This document shows, one piece after another, positions 38,965-47,543 of a DNA stretch of 64,000 bases (its first letter is position 1; every line of letters begins with the position of its first letter). A program made the position numbers and the translations under genes. This DNA comes from Candidatus Heimdallarchaeota archaeon. GTDB lineage: Archaea; Asgardarchaeota; Heimdallarchaeia; Hodarchaeales; Hodarchaeaceae. Under the pieces are notes generated by a model, which worked only from the letters and a program-made list of their open reading frames with translations, did not search any database and was not told where the DNA came from. Location of the stretch: contig CP070695.1 of assembly GCA_020353515.1 (NCBI GenBank), positions 2,486,966 to 2,550,965 of the forward strand, read 5' to 3'.

Positions 38965-39864
38965 TCACTCATTATCTAGTAACACTCTTATCGCTTTTAG
39001 AGCACTTTGTTCCTTGTCTCGAATTTCTAACATGATATCGAAATTCATTGCTTTGGTACTTTGAATAAATGCCCGAAATCTATTAAGATCAATTGAATTA
39101 GCATGCCTCCCTAGTTTTGCATTGGGTTGATTTGAACTCCAATCTAACATCAAAATTCCGTCTTTTGTTTCTGTCCATGTCTCCTGTGCTAGTTGGAGAG
39201 CTTGGACAACAGTTTCGTTGTTGTTTTTAATTGAATGATGAAACACATCAAAGACAACAGGAATATCAATTTCTTTATGGATAGTCAGACAATTCTGCAG
39301 ATCAAATAATCGATCATCATTCTCAATAACTAATCTCTTTTGAATATTGTCTGGTAATCTCAAATAATTTTTAACAAATCTCTCCATGGCTGCAGTTTTA
39401 TCCCCATATACCCCACCTACATGTAATTGAACCTTTGCTGTTGTATCAAGACCCATTCTGTCAAGAACTAGTGTATCATAGAGTAACTCTTGTATGGATT
39501 TGTTAACAACTTCTTCTTTGGGTGAATTAATGATTGTGTACTGCCCAGGATGCATAGAAATCCTAAGATCATGTTTTCTAATATAGGCCCCAATATTTTG
39601 GAGCTCGTGCTGAAAAAAGTCCAAAATCTCCTCAAGTGGTAGTGAAACTGGATGAGATGCAAATGGTATGAAATCAGCAATCCTATAGAAGAGTAAATGA
39701 TTTTCTTGATTGAATTGAAGAGTCTTTTTAATACATGTCAAATTCGATTTCACTGTTGAAAGAAGTTTTTCTCTATTGTAGGATGATAAGCGAATGTTTT
39801 TGTCTGGTTTACATCCTGTGGATGAAAAAGCATTTCCTACATAACCTAATTTCAAAATATTCAC
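38965..39864 (-). CDS. uvsE: UV damage endonuclease UvsE/UVDE
   Basis: PFASHP, RISMHPGQY, LHVGGVYGDK, LVIENDD, VFDVFHH, MLEI.DKE; ends 6 bp before the photolyase start. Confidence 0.95.
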   Translation of the reverse strand: MNILKLGYVGNAFSSTGCKPDKNIRLSSYNREKLLSTVKSNLTCIKKTLQFNQENHLLFYRIADFIPFASHPVSLPLEEILDFFQHELQNIGAYIRKHDLRISMHPGQYTIINSPKEEVVNKSIQELLYDTLVLDRMGLDTTAKVQLHVGGVYGDKTAAMERFVKNYLRLPDNIQKRLVIENDDRLFDLQNCLTIHKEIDIPVVFDVFHHSIKNNNETVVQALQLAQETWTETKDGILMLDWSSNQPNAKLGRHANSIDLNRFRAFIQSTKAMNFDIMLEIRDKEQSALKAIRVLLDNE

Positions 39865-39915
39865 ATCTGGATACAGAACTCTTCTTTCAGGAAAGGAATG
39901 TAATTGAACAAGTGC

Positions 39916-40338
39916 TTACTGTTGAATAATAAGTCCTAGAATCGTTATTACTATGGCTACAACCACACCAATGAAAATTGATTGCAAAGAGATTATTATG
40001 GCTTTATTCCGGTCTTTATTCCGCTCTATTTCATCCTCAATCTTTATTGTCGTTCCAAGATGAACTGAAACATTAGCAACGGAAGAAAATCCATATGCAG
40101 CACAAAATTTTTGCCTCGCTTGAATGAAGCCAATTGCTGCCATGGTTCCAGGGAAAATAAAAAGAAATCCTAGTAGTGGGGTGAGATTCAAAAAGAAAAC
40201 ACTAGATATGTATATTAGAAATCCAATACCTATTATTGCTAAACCAACAAAGCCTATCCTTTTCCGTTGAGTAATTTCTGCACTGCCTATATTACATCTT
40301 CCTGCGACGTATTCAGTATTTGAGGTCAAAGTTCTCAC
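39916..40338 (-). CDS. Small 3-TM membrane protein with two Cys motifs
   Basis: YVAGRCNIG..EI..R and GFIQARQKFCAAYG; lies between heliorhodopsin and uvsE. Confidence 0.75.
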   Translation of the reverse strand: MRTLTSNTEYVAGRCNIGSAEITQRKRIGFVGLAIIGIGFLIYISSVFFLNLTPLLGFLFIFPGTMAAIGFIQARQKFCAAYGFSSVANVSVHLGTTIKIEDEIERNKDRNKAIIISLQSIFIGVVVAIVITILGLIIQQ

Positions 40339-40511
40339 TTGAAAATCATAAACTCACTTTTTTGGAAACCAAGGAATAAGGAGAGAAGTCCTTTGATAAT
40401 CAGAATATTCCAAGTTATCTTCAAATCTTCGCTTTAACAAGGGAATTCCAGATACTCTATTTTTAGAATCAGTCTTTCATAAAAAAGAAAAAAAGAGAAT
40501 ATGTCTAAATT

Positions 40512-41339
40512 CTAGACAAAAATTAATCCAGCGAACACAAGCCAAGCAAGAGCTGATTTGGCTACCAAACTTAATATCTGGTAACCTCGTTCTCCAAAAA
40601 GATAGTCTTTCCATGGACCGATTTTCTTGTACTGAAGAAACATGTTAATCGCAAAACTGTTAAAGAAAAGGAAGTACATAACTACTGCGATATAGACAAA
40701 AGTTGGAATAGCATCGCCAACACCGGTATCAAAACTTAGAAATGTGTCAACTATGACAATCCAAGGAACAATGCCAGCAATCCATCCTAACCAATAGGGT
40801 AACCAGCTAGTTTTTTCAGTGTATTGGTTAATTCTTTCCATAAATAAACCAAACATGTTCATTAAGAAATTTAGAACAAAAATCAAAGCTATGATCCAAA
40901 AATCAAGTATTCCAAACGCTAAAGAAATAAAAATGATCATTACCGAAGAACTGAAAGAATACTCCCACCAACGTATTGGATTCATCTTTTTCTTTAGATT
41001 ATCCACATATGAATTGTTTAAAGGGAAGGCGATAAGGAAATGCGCAAGAGCAGACATAAGCAAAAAACTTGCTAATAAAATACCCGCTACGTTCTCAAAT
41101 GTGAAAAATACGCTTGGATCAGGAGCAAAAATCGGCTTTGTTCCAGTTAATTGTTTTATTACCAATCTAGATTTGTAAATGTCTACAGAAAAGTTTTTTA
41201 TCTCGTCTATAAACAAACTAAGTGTAAATATCAATACACTTTGAACTAGATGCAAAATAGCCATAGCAATGTTGAATTTTTTCAGATGACTCATACTTAT
41301 AGGTGAAGTTTCACCATCTACGAATGAAAATTCTGTCAT
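40512..41339 (-). CDS. heR: Heliorhodopsin
   Basis: 7 TM; LHLVQ (TM1 His), SALAH (TM2 His), NPIRWWEYSFSSSVM (Glu counterion), YQILSLVAKSALAW (retinal Lys in SxxxK); GGTGAGGT SD. Confidence 0.97.
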   Translation of the reverse strand: MTEFSFVDGETSPISMSHLKKFNIAMAILHLVQSVLIFTLSLFIDEIKNFSVDIYKSRLVIKQLTGTKPIFAPDPSVFFTFENVAGILLASFLLMSALAHFLIAFPLNNSYVDNLKKKMNPIRWWEYSFSSSVMIIFISLAFGILDFWIIALIFVLNFLMNMFGLFMERINQYTEKTSWLPYWLGWIAGIVPWIVIVDTFLSFDTGVGDAIPTFVYIAVVMYFLFFNSFAINMFLQYKKIGPWKDYLFGERGYQILSLVAKSALAWLVFAGLIFV

Positions 41340-41352
41340 ATTTCTACCTCAC

Positions 41353-41372
41353 CTTAAATCGACAGATTTAAG
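41353..41372. promoter_or_regulatory. Inverted repeat upstream of heliorhodopsin (operator or leader hairpin candidate)
   Basis: CTTAAATC-gaca-GATTTAAG, between a TATA-like TTTTTAATAT (minus strand, 41397-41406) and the SD. Confidence 0.55.
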
Positions 41373-41536
41373 ATATTCATAGCGCTAATCAAGCAGATAT
41401 TAAAAATTTACTCAAATTTTTTCGAAACACTTGATTTTAGCTTGAAACAAGAATTTAATAGATTTTCAAGAAATTTGAAACATACCAGAGATCAAAGGAA
41501 ATCGATTTCTCACGCTAATAAAAAATCTTCATTCCT

Positions 41537-42862
41537 TTAAGTACGCTGGTTAAACCCACACCGAGTACAGACTGTTAAACCCTCTCGAATCTGAAATCCA
41601 CATTGAATACATGGGTTCTCTTTAAGTAAAGACCGTGTTTTTAAAAATAAAATTCCTGCAATTAAAAAACCAATGATAAGAATAAATGCACCCAAATAAT
41701 AAGGATATGCTGCATCTAGCTCGAAAAGAGCTGTTCCTACTAAAGGACCTCCTATTCTCATAAAAGATCCAATTCCTTGGTTTAAACCTAAAATTACTCC
41801 TGAATTTTCTTTGGGAGTTTCTTTAGATAAAAATGCTCCTATGGTAGGATTAGAAATTGAAGATCCAAACGCAAGCGGAATGACCCAGAGGCTCATCTCG
41901 AAGAGAGAAGTGACAGTACTCAAGCCTATGAAGCCAATAATTAAGAAAAATATTCCTGCAGTAATGAGAGTTGTATCAGAGAAGCGATTTGATAAGGGGA
42001 TAATCAGGCCTGCCTGAGTAATTATGACAACTAATCCCACTACAAAAAATACAAGACCTGCAAGAGATTCATTTAAACCAAAGCGGACTTTTCCCAGTAA
42101 GGCCAAAGTCGCTTGCATTTTTGAAAACGCTAATGAAACACCAGCAAATAAAATTATCGTTAATAAGACGTTAGGGTTTTGCAAAAGAGTTTCACGTAAG
42201 CTGACTTTTACGCTAGCTCCTTGAGAGATTATTTCTTTTCTTCTTCCCCGCATTTCCTCAGTTAATGACTCAGGTAAGTATTTAATTGCTGCAAGGAAGT
42301 TAACTATGGCAATGACAGTCGCAAATACAGCTGGAAGTGCGTACCCGCCAATAAAAGACAGAACTCCACCGATTCCAGGTCCTAATGCGAATCCAAGTCC
42401 AAATGCTGCACCTAATAATCCAAAACCTTTTGCACGATCTTGCCCAGAAGTTGTATCAGCAATATAGGCTTGACTAGTAGGTAAGGTCGCTGCAGTAAAC
42501 GCTCCTCCAACTAAGCGAGACATAAGAATTATGGTTAATGAATCAATGAAGATTAATGCTGCTAAACTCAGCATACCTAATCCGAGTACTGTCCCAAATA
42601 ATCCTGCTAGAATGACAGGCCGACGCCCCCATCGATCTGAGATCCACCCCCAGACAGGGGCAAAAGTAAAACTCATTAATGAATAAACACTAGCCAGAAT
42701 GCCATATATAAATGGTGTTGCTCCCAATTCTAACGTCCAAAACGGAAGTAGCGGGATTATAATTCCAAATTCTAGTAAATCGATGAATACTGCTAGGAAT
42801 AAAACACCTATTGGACCAATAGATAGGTGTGAAGGAGGAATTTTGTTCTCTGTAATTTCCAT
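41537..42862 (-). CDS. MFS efflux transporter (TetA/DHA1-like) with C-terminal Zn ribbon
   Basis: Motif A GWISDRWGRRP, motif C GFALGPGIGG, C-terminal CIQC-x10-CTRC. Confidence 0.9.
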   Translation of the reverse strand: MEITENKIPPSHLSIGPIGVLFLAVFIDLLEFGIIIPLLPFWTLELGATPFIYGILASVYSLMSFTFAPVWGWISDRWGRRPVILAGLFGTVLGLGMLSLAALIFIDSLTIILMSRLVGGAFTAATLPTSQAYIADTTSGQDRAKGFGLLGAAFGLGFALGPGIGGVLSFIGGYALPAVFATVIAIVNFLAAIKYLPESLTEEMRGRRKEIISQGASVKVSLRETLLQNPNVLLTIILFAGVSLAFSKMQATLALLGKVRFGLNESLAGLVFFVVGLVVIITQAGLIIPLSNRFSDTTLITAGIFFLIIGFIGLSTVTSLFEMSLWVIPLAFGSSISNPTIGAFLSKETPKENSGVILGLNQGIGSFMRIGGPLVGTALFELDAAYPYYLGAFILIIGFLIAGILFLKTRSLLKENPCIQCGFQIREGLTVCTRCGFNQRT

Positions 42863-43032
42863 AATGTCTTAAACAACCAATATCCGCTTTAAATCACTCA
42901 TGGGCGCATCTTTTGTAAATGATTCAATCAATTGCCAAGATTAACAATATTATTGATGAAGATCTTATACGATCACTGACCTTTTTGAAATTCCTGTTAA
43001 GTAAATCGGCACCAAGACGAAAGGTATTTATT

Positions 43033-43500
43033 TTAATCTTCGATTAACGCATACTTTTCAGGAGAACCCCATATTTCGACTTTATTGAACTTATCCTTCT
43101 TTGATTGGAAATGTATCCATAACTTTGTTTGGTCAAGGAATGGATTAGCATGGAATAACGCCTGATCACCATATCGAAACGCTTCTAACACTAAGGGCAA
43201 TTCTTGACGAAAAATTCTATCACGAAACTTCGATGTGCCAATTCCCTTACTGATTTGACAATAGACATGAAGTGAATATGTTTCTTCAGTTTTCAACCAT
43301 TCTGCCAAGACCTCATCACGCATTATTCGTATTTGCCATCCTTTTAGTTGTTTTTTGTTAAATTCATGAGCAATAGTTAAAAATAAATCTCCTGTTCGAT
43401 CTGAATGTGTTAAAGTATAGCATCGGGGAACTAGGGGGGAATCAACAGTTGTGGGGGATAAAAAAGTCACATGTAGCTTTTTAGGATCTAAACGACTCAT
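43033..43500 (-). CDS. Stay-Green (SGR) family Mg-dechelatase homolog
   Basis: PRCYTLTHSDRTGDLFL, RDEVLAEW, LHVYC, IFRQELPLVLEAFRYGD, E.WG; GGAGG SD. Confidence 0.92.
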   Translation of the reverse strand: MSRLDPKKLHVTFLSPTTVDSPLVPRCYTLTHSDRTGDLFLTIAHEFNKKQLKGWQIRIMRDEVLAEWLKTEETYSLHVYCQISKGIGTSKFRDRIFRQELPLVLEAFRYGDQALFHANPFLDQTKLWIHFQSKKDKFNKVEIWGSPEKYALIED

Positions 43501-43550
43501 ATCTAAACCTCCTTCATTTTACTTAATGGAACGGATAGTTTACGATAATT

Positions 43551-44501
43551 TTAATGCAATTCCTTTTCCTTTGCCATTATCTCCATACCACTGAAGCTTC
43601 CCACTCCATCAAATTCAATTTTCTTCTTTAAATCGATAAATCTTAGATTAATTGTTGATGTTAAACTTTCAAGGACTTTTCCAGTCATTTTTCCGTTAAT
43701 AGGGCTCCTTAATTTAGAGGTTTTTGCTTGAGTAGCGTCAATCTCTATCCTTTGGTTCTTTTTCACTAATTTAAATGAGACCTGATTCTCATTAATAGTC
43801 AAGTCCTTCAATTTTGCTCTATTATAAGTTGAAAAGAGATTTAATCTGTTTTTGTACAAGAATCCCGCCAAATATCCTGTGAATGATCTTCCTAAATATG
43901 GAATTCTAGCAATAGATGCCATAAATGAGACCCGTTCTTCGGAAAAATGATTAGATTGCATCCAAACATATCCACTAGGGAATGATCTTCCCCAATCCTT
44001 TTCTATATATCCTCTCCCGTGATTAAAAGAAATATCATCTCCGTTAATACTTAGATTTCCATAAATCTCGTGATCAAAGCTTAATACAGCGTGAGAACAT
44101 TCCATACGAGGTAAAAAAGCAAAAGGGCCCATGGCTCCTGGGGAAAGGAATTTTATTGGCCAAGGCACTTGATCTATGAAAATAAGTTCCCCCTTAACCA
44201 CTTGACCTTGTACGTTCAGATCTAGTTTTATTTTATCAGTAGAGAAGTAATTATTTGCAATAGTCACTTCAAATTTATCTTTCTTATATTGAAATTTATT
44301 CAGATTAAATTTATTATATTGTAAATCCCCCGATATTCCATTGAAGATTTGAATGAAGGCTTGACTAGGATGAGCGGAGGAAAAACCTGGAATAATTGCT
44401 ATCGCCACTTTTCTATTATAATCAACCAGCTTATAATACCAGCCTTCAAATCGAAACTTACCGATTCCATGGCAAATTTCAGGCTTCCAAATATTTCCCA
44501 A
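43551..44501 (-). CDS. Tocopherol cyclase family protein
   Basis: FEGWYYK, MGPFAFLPRMECSH, GRGYIEKDWGRSFPSGYVWMQSN. Confidence 0.88.
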   Translation of the reverse strand: MGNIWKPEICHGIGKFRFEGWYYKLVDYNRKVAIAIIPGFSSAHPSQAFIQIFNGISGDLQYNKFNLNKFQYKKDKFEVTIANNYFSTDKIKLDLNVQGQVVKGELIFIDQVPWPIKFLSPGAMGPFAFLPRMECSHAVLSFDHEIYGNLSINGDDISFNHGRGYIEKDWGRSFPSGYVWMQSNHFSEERVSFMASIARIPYLGRSFTGYLAGFLYKNRLNLFSTYNRAKLKDLTINENQVSFKLVKKNQRIEIDATQAKTSKLRSPINGKMTGKVLESLTSTINLRFIDLKKKIEFDGVGSFSGMEIMAKEKELH

Positions 44502-44715
44502 AAGTATTACACCAGTACCACAAGAAAATTGGCTTTTAAATTGAATTCATTTATACAACAAGATAAAAAGAAACATTGTAAGTCCCGTCCACCCTTATTC
44601 TTAATCGATTCCTTAAGAAAATCAGAATTTTCTTTTCTAGACATGTATTGGTGTTTAATTAGAAATACCCTTTGTGACTAAATTTGGTATTTGTATTCAA
44701 AGTTAAAACATTATA

Positions 44716-45591
44716 CTATTTGAATGGATTTGGAATTAATATAGGAGTCCTGTTTTTGTATTCCTCGTAATCTTCTTGACCACCCCACTTGTCATCAGCT
44801 CTTTTTTCAAGTAAAGGAACACCACTTACCTTAGTTAAGAGTAATGTCACAAAAACAGGAGAAATCAATGTTAGCCATCTCCAACCTTGAAGTGTTGGAA
44901 GTGCAATTATTGCGATACCAATCCAGAGGAGAATTTCTCCAAAATAATTTGGATGTCGTGAGATTGACCACAATCCAGTAGTAATGAATTTTTCTTTATT
45001 CTCAGGGACAGATCTGAACTTACTTTTCTGATAATCTGCAATAGCTTCAAAACCAAAGCCTATGATCCACACTAAAAGACCTACTAAACCAATAAGACCA
45101 AAATCCGTTCTTTGTTCTACTGTTATCGCTGCTAATGCCGCTGCTAATGTAAAGCTTACCCATAAACCCTGAATAGTCCAAGTTAAAAAAAAACGTGTAC
45201 CGGATTGTTTGATCTCCTTGAAGCGTTTATCTTCCCCCTCTTTTAAAATTCGTCGGAACAAGTATGTCCCAAGACGAAGCGCCCAGATTGAGACCAATAC
45301 CATTAGTAAAATGGAGCGTGTATCAATTTCAGGACTCAAGGCAACTGCTAAGAATATAACAGTTATGTAGGTTAATGAACCAGTTAGATCAAAGAACTTC
45401 TCAGTCCTTTTGATATATGCAGGTATGAATGCAATCCATTGAATTATAAAGGCAAGAGCAACACCGATTGCAAATACTGGTATTCCACCAAGAACAGTCA
45501 CGCCTCCCTGACTTCCAGCGAGAGTAAGACATATAGCAATGAATAAAATTATGATTATAGCAACCAAGGACTGAATATCTTTCTCATTCAT
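44716..45591 (-). CDS. DUF1295 / steroid 5-alpha-reductase-like membrane protein
   Basis: EKFFDLTGS, WALRLG.YLF.RI...GEDKRF, EAIADYQK, GLWSISRHPNYFGE, SGVPLLE. Confidence 0.92.
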   Translation of the reverse strand: MNEKDIQSLVAIIIILFIAICLTLAGSQGGVTVLGGIPVFAIGVALAFIIQWIAFIPAYIKRTEKFFDLTGSLTYITVIFLAVALSPEIDTRSILLMVLVSIWALRLGTYLFRRILKEGEDKRFKEIKQSGTRFFLTWTIQGLWVSFTLAAALAAITVEQRTDFGLIGLVGLLVWIIGFGFEAIADYQKSKFRSVPENKEKFITTGLWSISRHPNYFGEILLWIGIAIIALPTLQGWRWLTLISPVFVTLLLTKVSGVPLLEKRADDKWGGQEDYEEYKNRTPILIPNPFK

Positions 45592-45641
45592 TTTTAATTC
45601 TCCTTTTATACAGTAATTTCCTTCTTCTGGATGTGTGAAAT

Positions 45642-45657
45642 TTGACTAATTAGTCAA
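45642..45657. promoter_or_regulatory. Perfect 16 bp palindrome upstream of the DUF1295 gene
   Basis: TTGACTAATTAGTCAA, 50 bp upstream of the start codon, downstream of a TATA-like TTGATATA on the minus strand. Confidence 0.6.
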
Positions 45658-45722
45658 TATGATTTCTTGAATCCTATATCAACTTTTTTTCCTAGAGATA
45701 TTTATTTTCTTGTTTATTCTCC

Positions 45723-47540
45723 TCATCCAGTGATCGGTACCCAATCTAGACTTTGATGCTCATAATACTGCTTATAGAGTTGGCCATATTTTCCTCCTTG
45801 AGCAAGCAAAGCCTCATGAGTCCCCTCTTCAATAATTTGCCCCTTTTCCATCACAATAATTCGGTCTGCATTCAGAATAGTGGAAAGCCTATGGGCAATA
45901 ATGATTGAGGTCCGATTCTCAAGGAGGACTTCAAGTGCCTCTTGAATGATCGCTTCGGTGTAAGCATCCACCGATGACGTTGCTTCATCTAGAATAAGAA
46001 TTTTTGGATCCGTTAGAAGCGCCCGAGCAAAGCTAATTAATTGTTTTTGACCTACAGAAAGCCCTCCTCCTCTTTCCCCCACTTGTGTTTGAATTCCATC
46101 ATGTAAATATTCGATAAGTTCTTCTGCATGGACAGATCGAATGGCTTTCCATAGATCCTCTTCTGATGCATCTCGTCTACCATACCGAATATTCTCCTCA
46201 ATTGTCCCGGAAAAGAGAAAAACATCTTGTTGCACCATTCCGAGGTTCCGTCTATAAGAATCCAGTTTTAAATCTCTGATATCGATTCCATCAATCTTAA
46301 TGGATCCACCTTGAAATTCATAAAAACGAGCTAGAAGGTTAACTAAGCTGGATTTTCCCGCGCCTGTGTGACCGACTACTGCAAGTTTCTCTCCTTTTGC
46401 TATTTTTAAACTGAACCCTTTAAAGACCCATTCACCATCGTTTCTGTAACTAAAGTCAACATTTTCAAAAACAATCTCCCCCTCCAAGGCATCAACCCCG
46501 CGAAGCACTGGATTCTGCTTAACATTAGGTTTGGAATCTAATATATCTAGAATTCGTTCATATGCCGCCATCCCAGCACTCAGTTGAGGAAAAAAAGTAG
46601 CAAGAATCATGATAGGGCGAAAAAAACGCTGAATATACAATATATACATTAAAATAATTGCAGTGGTTGATACTCCCTGGAGTACAAGCTGACCACCTAG
46701 ATACACTATTGTTACAAGTATTAAGGCGGTAATTGTTTCAAGGATTGCTCTCCAGACATGTGTCACTGCAGTCAATCGATAAGCTGTTCCAAAATACTCT
46801 TTATTTGTCTCATGAAACTGTTCAGAAACTGTAGCTTCTTGCCCATAACTTTTGCAGACTTGTATTCCTTCGATTGATTCAACCATGGCATTGTTGATAT
46901 TCCCTATTGACTTTCGATAAGCTCGACTCACGATTCTAGCAAGCTTCCGCAGAGAAAACATTAACACAAAGAGGAAAGGAACACCCGCTAGAGTAATCAG
47001 AGCTAAGGTTGGATTCAACCAGAAAAGAATTGCGAAGGTCAAGGCACTCACAAGTAAATTACCCATAGTGTCTGCTAAAAGGATCGTAGTGTTTCCAAAG
47101 TCTAAAGCATCATTTGATACTCTTGAATTCAGACTTCCACTCAGATGTTTGTCGTAAAAACTCATATCTTGCTCCTGTAACTTATCAAAGATATCCATAC
47201 GAAGATTTTCTAGAAAATATGGCATGAAATTCCCAATCTCCCTACGACGGAGACTAAACATGACCCAAATTGCAGCGGATAAAATGAGATATACAACACC
47301 AGCACCTAGAACTATTGAAAAATCACGATCTGGTTTTTCGAAAACATCAACGGCAAAACCAACAATGAGTGGAATAATTATATCAGCAACAGTAGAAATT
47401 AGAATGAAAAGAGAAATAAGCGTGACACTCTTCTTGAACGGAACAATTCGGTGAGCATATCGAGTGAATAACTCTCGATCTGAATACTCTCGCTCTCGTT
47501 TTTCACTGAATACTCCGCGATAGAGTCCCATATTAATCAC
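45723..47540 (-). CDS. Heterodimeric ABC exporter subunit (TMD-NBD; consensus Walker B, degenerate signature)
   Basis: GHTGAGKS, LSVGQKQ, LDEATS, IAHRL. Confidence 0.92.
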   Translation of the reverse strand: MINMGLYRGVFSEKREREYSDRELFTRYAHRIVPFKKSVTLISLFILISTVADIIIPLIVGFAVDVFEKPDRDFSIVLGAGVVYLILSAAIWVMFSLRRREIGNFMPYFLENLRMDIFDKLQEQDMSFYDKHLSGSLNSRVSNDALDFGNTTILLADTMGNLLVSALTFAILFWLNPTLALITLAGVPFLFVLMFSLRKLARIVSRAYRKSIGNINNAMVESIEGIQVCKSYGQEATVSEQFHETNKEYFGTAYRLTAVTHVWRAILETITALILVTIVYLGGQLVLQGVSTTAIILMYILYIQRFFRPIMILATFFPQLSAGMAAYERILDILDSKPNVKQNPVLRGVDALEGEIVFENVDFSYRNDGEWVFKGFSLKIAKGEKLAVVGHTGAGKSSLVNLLARFYEFQGGSIKIDGIDIRDLKLDSYRRNLGMVQQDVFLFSGTIEENIRYGRRDASEEDLWKAIRSVHAEELIEYLHDGIQTQVGERGGGLSVGQKQLISFARALLTDPKILILDEATSSVDAYTEAIIQEALEVLLENRTSIIIAHRLSTILNADRIIVMEKGQIIEEGTHEALLAQGGKYGQLYKQYYEHQSLDWVPITG

Positions 47541-47543
47541 ACA

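Noticed and set aside
40512-41339. Type-1 proton-pumping rhodopsin or schizorhodopsin
   Set aside because: RWWEYS and SLVAK motifs with TM1/TM2 His are heliorhodopsin signatures; there is no DxxxK in helix 7.
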